DNA from: an uncultured bacterium
GTDB lineage: Bacteria > Atribacterota > Atribacteria > Atribacterales > Caldatribacteriaceae
NCBI GenBank assembly: GCA_937922705.1
Contig: CALAIW010000003.1
Location: 57,408-121,407 of the forward strand
Direction of reading: 5' to 3'
DNA: 64,000 nt
A program made the translations under genes and the position numbers. Positions within the stretch are counted from its first letter, which is position 1. Every line of letters begins with the position of its first letter. Under the pieces are notes generated by a model. The model had not been told where the DNA came from. It saw only the letters and a list, made by a program, of their open reading frames with translations, and did not search any database. This document shows positions 27,273 to 35,897 of the stretch, in pieces.

Positions 27273-28162
27273 CGCACCCTGTAACCAAAGCGACGCAAAA
27301 CCTCGTCGCGCTTTCGCCAGTTCTTTTCCACCTTCACCCAGAGATCAAGGTACGCCTTCTTTCCCCAGTGCGCTTCAACATCCTTGCGGGCCTCCTCACC
27401 AATCTTTTTAATCATGCGACCTCCTTCACCGATAACAATCTTTTTGTGCGAATCCTTCTCCACATAAATAATTGCCCGGATATACAGGAGAGCATCGCGG
27501 TCCTGGAATTCCTCTACCCGTACCTCAACCCCATAAGGGACCTCCTGATGCACGTTCCACCAAACTTTCTCCCGGATAATTTCTGCCACGATATCCCGCT
27601 CAAAAGAATCAGAAACAACTCCAGGTTCATAGTACGGAGGATTTTCAGGAAGGTAAGCCACAATCTTCTCGATAAGCGCATCAATACCTTCGCGAGTTTC
27701 ACAGGAGATGGCAAAACGCTCGGCAAAAGGGTAATATTGTCCCAAACGCCCAAGGATTTCTTCAGCCTCTCCCTCGCTAAGCAGGTCTTTCTTATTAAGG
27801 ACGAGAAAAACAGGCTTTGTAAAACCAGAGAGCTTCTTGAGATACTTTTTTTCTTCTTCCTCCTGGAAAGAGGGGTCAGTCATGTAGCAAAGGAGGTCAA
27901 CGTCAAGAAGAGTGTCCTCAATCTCCCGCATCATAATCTCTCCAAGACGATCCCTTGGGGTATGGAGACCAGGGGTGTCAAGAAAGACAATTTGTGCTCC
28001 ATCAAGGTTTAGGATACCCTTGATGACCTTTCTTGTAGTCTGTGGCTTATCCGAGACGATGGTTATCTTTTGCCCGATAACTTGGTTGAGGAAGGTGGAT
28101 TTCCCAACGTTGGGCCGTCCCCAGATGGTTACAAATCCAGAACGAAAAGCCACGCAACTCAC
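27269..28162 (-). CDS. era: GTPase Era
   Basis: G1 GRPNVGKST, G3 DTPGLH, G4 LNKKD, C-terminal KH domain. Confidence 0.93.
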   Translation of the reverse strand: MSCVAFRSGFVTIWGRPNVGKSTFLNQVIGQKITIVSDKPQTTRKVIKGILNLDGAQIVFLDTPGLHTPRDRLGEIMMREIEDTLLDVDLLCYMTDPSFQEEEEKKYLKKLSGFTKPVFLVLNKKDLLSEGEAEEILGRLGQYYPFAERFAISCETREGIDALIEKIVAYLPENPPYYEPGVVSDSFERDIVAEIIREKVWWNVHQEVPYGVEVRVEEFQDRDALLYIRAIIYVEKDSHKKIVIGEGGRMIKKIGEEARKDVEAHWGKKAYLDLWVKVEKNWRKRDEVLRRFGYRVR

Positions 28163-28974
28163 TCCTTTGCAAAAGTGAAAGTATGTGGGAGAAGCTCACG
28201 TAGCGACTGTACCACATAAGCCCCACTCTGATTTCCAGCAAGGACTTCTATATCAAGCCCAAATTCTGCCAAAGCTTGCCGGCAAACACCGCAGGGAAAA
28301 CAGAATGATGTCCCATTGGCAACAATGGCAATAGCCTCAAATTCTCTCGCCCCTTCCGAAATTGCCTTCCCAAGAGCCACTCGCTCAGCACACAAGGTAA
28401 CCCCGAAAGAGGCGTTCTCCACATTGCACCCGGTAAACACTCGGCCATCCCGGGCAAGAAGCGCTGCCCCCACATGAAAGGAGGAATATGGGGCATAGGC
28501 AAAGGCCTGTGCTTTTGCTGCCTTTTTGAGGAGCTCTTGGTACATGCGCTCTCTCTGATACCCTCGAAGAAGCGCTTCACCCCGCTCCATCATTTGCTTG
28601 TGCTCTTGAGGAGTACTATCGTCATACCCCAAAAGATGCAAAAGTCCATGAATAACAAGAAAGGCAAGTTCTTCAGAAAGGGGAACCCCCCTATTGCTAC
28701 TCGTTTCCAAAGCCACAGGAACACAAACCAGAATTTCCCCCCATACTCCATCAGGATCCTCCCCGTAGAAGAAAGAGACCACGTCCCCTACTTCGTCCAC
28801 ATTGAAGAATCTTCGCTTCACCTCCCGCATAGACTCCTCATCAAGAAAGGCAAAAACAACTCGCCCCTGTACCTCCTTTTTCTCCTCCCTGAGAACAAAT
28901 TCCAGGAGATTCTCAAGAAAAGCCCGGGAAAGAACCCGATACTTTGTCCTGTTTACTACCTCAACCTTCCCCAT
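28159..28974 (-). CDS. ybeY/cdd: Fusion protein: endoribonuclease YbeY + cytidine deaminase
   Basis: HGLLHLLGYDD (YbeY Zn motif) in the N-terminal half. CAERVALGKAI and PCGVCRQAL (Cdd Zn motifs) in the C-terminal half, with no stop between them. Start set at ATG 28974 (GGGAGGG upstream). Confidence 0.85.
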   Translation of the reverse strand: MGKVEVVNRTKYRVLSRAFLENLLEFVLREEKKEVQGRVVFAFLDEESMREVKRRFFNVDEVGDVVSFFYGEDPDGVWGEILVCVPVALETSSNRGVPLSEELAFLVIHGLLHLLGYDDSTPQEHKQMMERGEALLRGYQRERMYQELLKKAAKAQAFAYAPYSSFHVGAALLARDGRVFTGCNVENASFGVTLCAERVALGKAISEGAREFEAIAIVANGTSFCFPCGVCRQALAEFGLDIEVLAGNQSGAYVVQSLRELLPHTFTFAKE

Positions 28975-31027
28975 GGCTACCCTCCCGAGCAAGCTCCGGA
29001 TACGGTACTCGTGCATGAATCATGCCATTGAGAAAAAGAACAAATCGGTGAGCAATGCGGTTAATATCCCGAAGCGTGAGCAAGGAATCATCCAGTTGTC
29101 CATCTTCAAGGTACGTTTTTACAATATTCCTCACTGCCATTTCTACCCGGCGAGGAGTTGGGTCTTTCATGCTTCGCACTGCTGCTTCAACACTATCGGC
29201 AAGAAAAACAATGGCCTCCTCCGGCGTTTGGGGCAGAGGTCCAGGGTAACGGAAAATGTCCTTGCTCACTTGCTTTTCTCCACTTCGCAACGCCTTTTCG
29301 TAGAAGTATCGAACAACACTTCGTCCATGGTGGGACCGAATAATATTCTGTATCTCTCTGGGGAGGCGAAATTCCCGAGCAATTGCAAGACCATCACGAA
29401 CATGGTTCACAATGATAAGAGCACTTAGATATGGGGAGAGACGGTTATGGATGTTCCGCTCAGGGTTTACCTGATTCTCGATGAACCACTGAGGCCGCTT
29501 AAGCTTACCAATATCGTGGTAATAGGCTCCTACACGTGCCAAAAGAGTATTAGCTCCAATCTCTTCAGCTGCCACCTCAGCAAGATTCGCCACAACAAGG
29601 CTGTGGCTATATGTTCCTGGCGCCTCAAACATAAGCCTCTTGAGAAGTGGGTGATTCGGGTTGAGAAGTTCCATAAGGCGAACATCAGTGGTCACGGAGA
29701 AAAGATGCTCAAACAAAGAGATACTTCCAAGAGCAATGATTGAAGCCACAAGACCTCCAGATCCTCCATACGCCAGAGCAGCAAGAAGCTGAAGCCGTGG
29801 GAGACCCTCGTGCACCGAAGTGAGGGCTACAGTAGCCACCCCAAGGAGGGCAAGCACTCCCCCCGCTTGAACAAGATATCGGCGCTTGAGGGATATTCCA
29901 AAAAAGACAGGAAGCACAAGATGGACAAAAAGGAGCATGCTTCCTGTAAGGTCTGTATACCATGCCCAGAGAAGGAGAGGGAAAAGAAGGAGCGATTCTC
30001 CAAGGGCTACTTCCCGCCCAAAAAGAGTAAAGAGGGTAAGAGGAAGAGCACCTATCACAAGAAAAGTTCCCAAAATGCGGGTGGTGAGGAGACTCAAAGT
30101 AATGGCTATTCCCACAGCTATCGTTCGTATCAGAAGCCCTACCGGGTCTTCAAGGAAGTGCGGCGCAAAACGAGAAAAGTAGAAGTATTCCAGAAACACT
30201 ACACCGGCAACAAAGAAGAACAGAGCAACTATCCTCAAGAAACTCCGTTGCCTTCCAAGCAACCCTAAAGCCTCAAGAGCCTGGACATGAGACTCGGTTA
30301 CGATGTCTCCTTTTCGAAGAAGTACTTCCCCCCGGCGGATGACTCGCCGCACTGGCTCAAAAGAAGCGAGTAAACGTGCTCGCAACTCCCCAGTTTTCAC
30401 CTCGTCAATAATGGCATTTGGTCGGAAAAAGCGTGCCACCAAAAGCCCCGCAACCCACATAGCTTCCTCCGAGAAGCCACTTTCCTCTATTTGAGCATTC
30501 ATCGTAAGGAGTACCCGTTCTGCATCCTCACGAGGCACAGGTTGAAGAAAAAGGTGTGTGGTGAAAAGATCATAGAGAAATCCACGAAGGGACTCATAGG
30601 TATCCTGGGGGACACTGAGAAGCCAAAGTACTGTCTTTTGGGTTATGTTCCACTTTCGAGCGAGGTTTTCAGCTATTTCAGGAGGGGGAGGAAGCGCTGC
30701 ACCACGAACACTCTCAAGAGTACTAAAAAATTCCTCTATTTCTTCCTTAATCTGGTGCACCAAGGCTTCGTCAACCCGATACACTGGGCGAACCGTAGCA
30801 AGAATCTCCCTTTTGCGCTTTTCTGTTGCCACTGCATCAACAATTTCAACCGTTTGGGGAGCGACAATATCTCGAGGGGCTACTTGCCCCTCCCGAAGAA
30901 CCAAACCCTGAAAGAAAAGAGGAATGCCAAGAAGAACAAAAAGAGAAGCTCCATGAACGACATGATGGACAAAGCGTAGAGAGGAGATGTTCCTATCGCC
31001 TGGCCATATTCGCTTCAAAGCGTTCAT
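28961..31027 (-). CDS. pgpH: 7TM-HD membrane phosphohydrolase PgpH (c-di-AMP phosphodiesterase family)
   Basis: Multi-TM central region, C-terminal HD domain YYHDIGKLKRP, and position between phoH and ybeY. Start uncertain (ATG 31027 or TTG 31090). Confidence 0.8.
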   Translation of the reverse strand: MNALKRIWPGDRNISSLRFVHHVVHGASLFVLLGIPLFFQGLVLREGQVAPRDIVAPQTVEIVDAVATEKRKREILATVRPVYRVDEALVHQIKEEIEEFFSTLESVRGAALPPPPEIAENLARKWNITQKTVLWLLSVPQDTYESLRGFLYDLFTTHLFLQPVPREDAERVLLTMNAQIEESGFSEEAMWVAGLLVARFFRPNAIIDEVKTGELRARLLASFEPVRRVIRRGEVLLRKGDIVTESHVQALEALGLLGRQRSFLRIVALFFFVAGVVFLEYFYFSRFAPHFLEDPVGLLIRTIAVGIAITLSLLTTRILGTFLVIGALPLTLFTLFGREVALGESLLLFPLLLWAWYTDLTGSMLLFVHLVLPVFFGISLKRRYLVQAGGVLALLGVATVALTSVHEGLPRLQLLAALAYGGSGGLVASIIALGSISLFEHLFSVTTDVRLMELLNPNHPLLKRLMFEAPGTYSHSLVVANLAEVAAEEIGANTLLARVGAYYHDIGKLKRPQWFIENQVNPERNIHNRLSPYLSALIIVNHVRDGLAIAREFRLPREIQNIIRSHHGRSVVRYFYEKALRSGEKQVSKDIFRYPGPLPQTPEEAIVFLADSVEAAVRSMKDPTPRRVEMAVRNIVKTYLEDGQLDDSLLTLRDINRIAHRFVLFLNGMIHARVPYPELAREGSHGEG

Positions 31028-31979
31028 AAGCAAGGATAATTTTCTGCACAAGGTGGTGTCGTACAACGTCTTTTTCCGTAAGGTACACAAAGGAGATTCC
31101 AGGAATATCTCGAAGAATTTCCTGAACTACTATGAGCCCAGAGCGCTTTCCCGAGGGGAGATCAATCTGAGTGATGTCCCCTGTAACCACGACCTTTGAG
31201 CCAAAACCCATCCTGGTAAGGAACATCTTCATCTGTTCAGAAGTCGTGTTCTGTGCTTCGTCAAGAACAATGAAAGAATCATTAAGTGTCCGTCCCCGCA
31301 TATACGCTAAAGGAGCGACTTCGATGACGCCTCGTTCAGTGTACCGCTGGAATCGCTCAGGGGAGAGCATCTCGTAAAGAGCATCGTAAAGGGGGCGAAG
31401 GTAAGGCTCAATCTTCTCCTTGAGGTCTCCAGGGAGATACCCAAGACTCTCCCCTGCTTCCACAGCAGGACGCACCAGGACAATGCGGCCAACTTCTTTA
31501 CGCTGCAGTGCTGCACAGGCCATAGCCATAGCAAGGTATGTTTTTCCTGTTCCTGCAGGACCGATACAAAAGGTGATGTCAGAACTTCGTACTGCTCGGA
31601 CATACTGGAGTTGCCCCGGAGTTTTTGCTCGAATTGGCTTGTGGGAAGCGGTGACAAATATGGTTTCTTCGTCCTTCCACCAAACTTTTTGAGTCTCCCG
31701 AAAACTTGTGGCCATTCGACGCAGGTCTTCAGGCGTGGGTTCCGCGCCTTCCTTGAGGAAATCAACAAGTTCCGTAAGGAATCGCTCAACAAGACTTAGA
31801 TCTTCTTTCCCCTTTCGCCTAACAACGATTGTGTCACCCTCAATACTTACATCAACCTCGAACACACTCTCAATAACCCGCACATTGGCATCAAGGAAAC
31901 CAAAAAACTTCCGGGCTTCCTTAACACCCCCAAGGGTTAAGCGAAATTCCTCATCCCGAATCGATAGTTCTGGAGACAA
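30993..31979 (-). CDS. phoH: PhoH-like ATPase
   Basis: Walker A GPAGTGKTYLAMA, Walker B IVLDEAQN. Confidence 0.9.
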   Translation of the reverse strand: MSPELSIRDEEFRLTLGGVKEARKFFGFLDANVRVIESVFEVDVSIEGDTIVVRRKGKEDLSLVERFLTELVDFLKEGAEPTPEDLRRMATSFRETQKVWWKDEETIFVTASHKPIRAKTPGQLQYVRAVRSSDITFCIGPAGTGKTYLAMAMACAALQRKEVGRIVLVRPAVEAGESLGYLPGDLKEKIEPYLRPLYDALYEMLSPERFQRYTERGVIEVAPLAYMRGRTLNDSFIVLDEAQNTTSEQMKMFLTRMGFGSKVVVTGDITQIDLPSGKRSGLIVVQEILRDIPGISFVYLTEKDVVRHHLVQKIILAYERFEANMARR

Positions 31980-31988
31980 GCCTCTCTA

Positions 31989-32447
31989 TCACCCCACCTC
32001 TAAAAGTTTTCGGACAACCTCAGACACCACTTTGCCCTCTGCCCTCCCCTCCACCCGGCGCATAACCTCCTTCATCACCACCGAAAAGGCAGGTTTGTCG
32101 GGGAAAGCAGCGATCACCTCTTGAACAAGGGACAGGAGTTCTTCTTCTGTCATAGGAGGAGGAAGAAATTCGGCAATCACCGCTATTTCCTGCTCTGTTT
32201 GTCTGACGAGATCTTCTCGTCCACCTTTGCGAAAGTAAACAAGGCTTTCCTCTCGCTTCTTTATGCCTTTGCGCAAAATAGCTATAATCTCGTTTTCTTC
32301 AAGGGGAGCACGCTTTTCTATCTCGGCGTTGCGTATTTCGGAAAGAAGAAGACGCACTGTATCAAGACGCACTCGGTCCTTCGCCTTGAGGGCTTCCTTC
32401 ATTACCCCCTGTAAGCGAGCCTTGATACCCGTGCCACCTTCAGTCAT
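31989..32447 (-). CDS. yqeY: GatB/YqeY domain protein
   Basis: 152 aa. Motifs ALKAKD, LLLSEIRNAEIEK. Conserved position after rpsU. Confidence 0.8.
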   Translation of the reverse strand: MTEGGTGIKARLQGVMKEALKAKDRVRLDTVRLLLSEIRNAEIEKRAPLEENEIIAILRKGIKKREESLVYFRKGGREDLVRQTEQEIAVIAEFLPPPMTEEELLSLVQEVIAAFPDKPAFSVVMKEVMRRVEGRAEGKVVSEVVRKLLEVG

Positions 32448-32617
32448 CGCTTTTTTCTCCTTCGGGCTTGTTCTCGCTTCCTCCTGCGCTCGCTCGGTTT
32501 CTCATAGTGTTCGTGACGCTTCATCTCGGAAATGATGCCATTCCGCTGACACTTCTTTCGAAAACGCCGCAACGCCTCATCAAGGCTTTCACCCTGCCCA
32601 ATACGAACCTCAGTCAC
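32444..32617 (-). CDS. rpsU: 30S ribosomal protein S21
   Basis: Missing from the ORF track (57 aa). My translation from GTG 32617 (GGGGAGGAA upstream) is VTEVRIGQGESLDEALRRFRKKCQRNGIISEMKRHEHYEKPSERRRKREQARRRKKR, ending in a TGA that overlaps the yqeY ATG (ATGA). Confidence 0.9.
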   Translation of the reverse strand: MTEVRIGQGESLDEALRRFRKKCQRNGIISEMKRHEHYEKPSERRRKREQARRRKKR

Positions 32618-32648
32618 TGCTATTCCTCCCCTGCTTTAAAGTATAACC

Positions 32649-32677
32649 ATTATAGGTTACAGAAAATAGCCTGTCAA
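32649..32677 (-). promoter_or_regulatory. Consensus sigma-70 promoter of the rpsU operon
   Basis: On the minus strand: TTGACA (32677-32672), 17 nt, TATAAT (32654-32649), about 30 nt upstream of the rpsU start. Confidence 0.75.
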
Positions 32678-32850
32678 CGAGGTGTACGCCTAGCGCCAAA
32701 ATGCCAAGAAACCCCCCTTCACAGAAAAAGGTCAAGGACGTTACGAAACTGGAGGAAAATGCTTCTCATGAACCAGCAGAGGTGAGTGCACTTTTTACAT
32801 TTCCAGTGCAATGAGGTACATTTTCTTCTAGAAAGTGTGCACGATACTAT

Positions 32851-32879
32851 TTGACAAGTTGTATGTATGTTTGTAAAAT
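32851..32879 (+). promoter_or_regulatory. Near-consensus promoter of the GntR-ARH operon
   Basis: TTGACA (32851-32856), 17 nt, TAAAAT (32874-32879). Confidence 0.7.
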
Positions 32880-32890
32880 TGTATTACAAA
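32870..32890 (+). promoter_or_regulatory. Candidate operator (inverted repeat overlapping the -10)
   Basis: TTTGTAA-AATTGTA-TTACAAA: perfect 7-bp arms with a 7-bp spacer, carrying the GT...AC core typical of GntR-family operators. Confidence 0.5.
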
Positions 32891-32901
32891 GGAGTGGTAC
32901 T

Positions 32902-34512
32902 ATGAGACCTGTACGAAGAGAAACGCTTGCTGTCTTAGTTGCCGAAGAGATTCGAAGAGACATTCTCCACGGGGTATTCAAGCGAGGAGATAAGCTTCCC
33001 TCAGAAAACGAGCTTGCTCGAACCCTTGGTGTAGGAAGACCCACACTTAGAGAAGCATTGCGAATTCTTGAGGGCGAGGGATGGATTCGGTTTCGGTTTG
33101 GAGGAGGTGCGTACGTGATGAAAGACGGAGAAAGTCCTACTGGGAATCTTGCTCATTTCCAGAAGGAAGAAATGCTCGAACTTCTTAAGTTCGAGCTGAC
33201 GCAGCTTGAGGAAGAAGGTAAAGATGTTCCTCCATCAGCTCAAGAAGAGCTCACAAAATTACAAGCATCGAACTCTCTTGAACAGATTGAAAAATTCTAC
33301 ATCGCTCTCTCTGGATTAGGGGAAAAACGAAATTACCCATACTTTGAACCCTCTGACTGGGAAACAATCCAAAAAGAGAGGCCTAAAGAGAGTTTTAAGA
33401 TTACTACAAAGATTGACCTTAGTCTCCTCCGAGAACGAATCGAGGGAGCATGGCTTGGAAGATGCATCGGTTGCACTTTGGGAAAACCGGTTGAAGGATG
33501 GTCCAAAGAAGACATTGAAGTCTACCTGAAGGCTACCGATTCGTACCCCCTTGCTGACTATTTTGTGTACGCTCCTGAGAAGATTGAAGAAGGGAGACAT
33601 CCCTTCCATCCCTCTGCCATCGAGGCAACCAAGGGAAACATCTCCTGGGTACCTCGAGACGATGACATAGACTACACGATTCTTAATCTCAAGCTTGTTC
33701 AGGAAAATGGCTTTGATTTCAATTCTGAAGATGTTGGGGACATGTGGCTCTCCCACCTCCCCTACAACATGGTATATACCGCTGAACGTCAGGCTTACGC
33801 AAACCTCGTCCGGGGCCTGAAGCCTCCTTTTACTGCCACATATTGGAATCCCTTCCGGGAGTGGATTGGAGCCCAAATCCGGGCAGATGTTTTTGGATAC
33901 CTTGCTCCTGGAAGTCCAGAGCTTGCTGCCTCCTTAGCATATCGGGATGCCGCGCTTTCCCACACCAAAAACGGTATCTATGGGGAGATGTTCATTGCAG
34001 GAGCTATATCCGCAGCCCTTGTCAGTGATGACATCCACGAAGTCATCGCAGCAGGTCTCTCCCAGGTACCCCAACGTTCTCGACTCAGCGAAATGGTGAA
34101 GGAGGTGATGGAATGGAGTAAAAAGGCAAAAAATTGGCTTGAGGTGTGGGAAAAAGTTGAAGAGCGCTACGGAAAGTATCATTGGGTACATACTTTGCCA
34201 AACCTTGCTTACGTGCTTATCGCGCTCCTCTTTGGAGAAGGAGACTTCAGAAAAACTGTTTCGATTGCAGTCATGTGTGGCAAAGATACGGACTGCAATG
34301 GAGCTACAGCTGGCTCCATCATTGGCGCCCTGCTTGGGAAGAAAGGCATTCCAGAAGAAATGTATCTTCCCTTCAACAATACGGTGCGAAGTGTTGTCCT
34401 TGGCTTTTGCGAAACCAGTATTCAAAGCCTCGTAGAGACGACCATGACTCTTACGAAAAAGGAAGGGCTTCTGAGTGAGGGAAGGTGTAACGGCAACCTA
34501 ACAGGTTGCTAA
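32902..34512 (+). CDS. GntR-family winged-helix domain fused to an ADP-ribosylglycohydrolase (ARH/DraG-fold) domain
   Basis: N-terminus: LPSENELARTLGVGRPTLREALRILEGEGWI. C-terminal ~350 aa: LGRCIGCTLGKPVEGW, VPRDDDIDYT, CGKDTDCNGATAGSIIGALLG. Start ATG 32902 (AAAGGAG 7 nt upstream). Confidence 0.75.
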   Translation: MRPVRRETLAVLVAEEIRRDILHGVFKRGDKLPSENELARTLGVGRPTLREALRILEGEGWIRFRFGGGAYVMKDGESPTGNLAHFQKEEMLELLKFELTQLEEEGKDVPPSAQEELTKLQASNSLEQIEKFYIALSGLGEKRNYPYFEPSDWETIQKERPKESFKITTKIDLSLLRERIEGAWLGRCIGCTLGKPVEGWSKEDIEVYLKATDSYPLADYFVYAPEKIEEGRHPFHPSAIEATKGNISWVPRDDDIDYTILNLKLVQENGFDFNSEDVGDMWLSHLPYNMVYTAERQAYANLVRGLKPPFTATYWNPFREWIGAQIRADVFGYLAPGSPELAASLAYRDAALSHTKNGIYGEMFIAGAISAALVSDDIHEVIAAGLSQVPQRSRLSEMVKEVMEWSKKAKNWLEVWEKVEERYGKYHWVHTLPNLAYVLIALLFGEGDFRKTVSIAVMCGKDTDCNGATAGSIIGALLGKKGIPEEMYLPFNNTVRSVVLGFCETSIQSLVETTMTLTKKEGLLSEGRCNGNLTGC

Positions 34513-34540
34513 AATGGCCTGAAAGGAGGAGAGGGTAAGT

Positions 34541-35869
34541 ATGACCAAGGGGTTATGGATGGGGATTTTGGTGGTGTTTCTGCTTAGCCAGATGTGGACT
34601 GTGGCTATAGCTCAAGAGAAGATCAAAATTACTTGGTGGTACGAGTCGGTAACGCCGGAGTATCTGGAAGCTATGGAAAACAACATCGCGAAGCCTTTTG
34701 AAGCGTTGAATCCAAATATTGACGTTGAAATTGTTGTAAAAATGAATCTTCTCGAAGTCCTAAGGACTGCCGTTGTCGCAGGAGAGGGACCAGATATCGT
34801 TATGACCATGGGACCAGCGGAGGCAAATCGCTATGCTAAAGGTGGTTTCCTACTCCCCCTGGATCCGTTTATCGAAGAGGCAGGATTGGACAAGGAATTT
34901 CCTTCATTGGCCTTAGACGTAGGTAAAGTTGAAGGAAAAACCTACTCTCTCCCTAAAACCTTTGAGAGCATGGGGATTATTTACAACAAGAGTCTTTTCG
35001 ATGCATATGGGTGGAAACCACCAACAAATCGGGATGAATGGGTTGCCCTTTGCGAGGCGATTAAGGCGAAGGGCATCCTGCCGGTGGCTGGTGGCAACGT
35101 AGCCTGGAGACCAACAAACGAACACTATGTCACTGTATACATTAACCACTATCCCGGTCCACAGGTTGTCTACGAGGCTCTCATAGGACAGCGAAGCTGG
35201 GAAGACTCGCTCTTTGTGGAAGCCATCGAAATGTTTAAGAATGACTTTCTTACCTACTGGCCAGAGTTTGGAACCTATTCGGCACTCGATGCACCAGATT
35301 TTGTTCCCATGGTGGCCACCCGAAAAGCAGCCATGCTTGTTGTGGGAAGCTGGGCTTTCCAATGGCTTGTAGACCCAGCATACTGGCCTTCCGAGGACCA
35401 ATGGGGATGGGCTCCTTTTCCATCCCTCAGAGAAGGCGTGGAGTATCCCTTCGTTGACATAGGAATAGGTACAACGCTTTCTGTAAATAAAAACTCGAAA
35501 TACCCTGAAGAGGCAGCCCGTTTCCTCATTTGGATGCTCTCCAACAAAGAAATGATTGCAAAGATGTTGAAAGATTTTCCAGGGGAATGGATCGTACCTG
35601 TAGACATCCCTAAAGAACTTGTTCCTCCTGAGGTTGACCCTGTATTCTTTGAACATGTGGATACCCAAAACGAACTCTTGAAACAGGGAGCCTACGGGTA
35701 CACAACCTGGACATTCCTTGGACCAGAAACTTGGCAATGGTGTTACGAGGGCATAGAGGAAGTCTGGTTTGGCAATATCAGTGCCCCAGAATACATGAAA
35801 AAGTGGAACGAGGTTTTCCAGAAGGAGCTTCAAGCAGGAGTTGTTCCGCCTGTACCACCGAGGAAATAA
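34541..35869 (+). CDS. Extracellular solute-binding protein, sugar ABC transporter (CUT1)
   Basis: 442 aa, signal peptide without a lipobox. Followed by two CUT1 permeases. Confidence 0.8.
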   Translation: MTKGLWMGILVVFLLSQMWTVAIAQEKIKITWWYESVTPEYLEAMENNIAKPFEALNPNIDVEIVVKMNLLEVLRTAVVAGEGPDIVMTMGPAEANRYAKGGFLLPLDPFIEEAGLDKEFPSLALDVGKVEGKTYSLPKTFESMGIIYNKSLFDAYGWKPPTNRDEWVALCEAIKAKGILPVAGGNVAWRPTNEHYVTVYINHYPGPQVVYEALIGQRSWEDSLFVEAIEMFKNDFLTYWPEFGTYSALDAPDFVPMVATRKAAMLVVGSWAFQWLVDPAYWPSEDQWGWAPFPSLREGVEYPFVDIGIGTTLSVNKNSKYPEEAARFLIWMLSNKEMIAKMLKDFPGEWIVPVDIPKELVPPEVDPVFFEHVDTQNELLKQGAYGYTTWTFLGPETWQWCYEGIEEVWFGNISAPEYMKKWNEVFQKELQAGVVPPVPPRK

Positions 35870-35897
35870 GAAGGAGGGACGATGGGGAGGTAGACAG

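Noticed and set aside
32701-32814. 37-codon ATG ORF (MPRNPPSQKKVKDVTKLEENASHEPAEVSALFTFPVQ) in the rpsU/GntR intergenic spacer
   Set aside because: It has no Shine-Dalgarno sequence, lies upstream of the mapped consensus promoter, and has no recognisable peptide family. It is kept only as part of the unexplained spacer.
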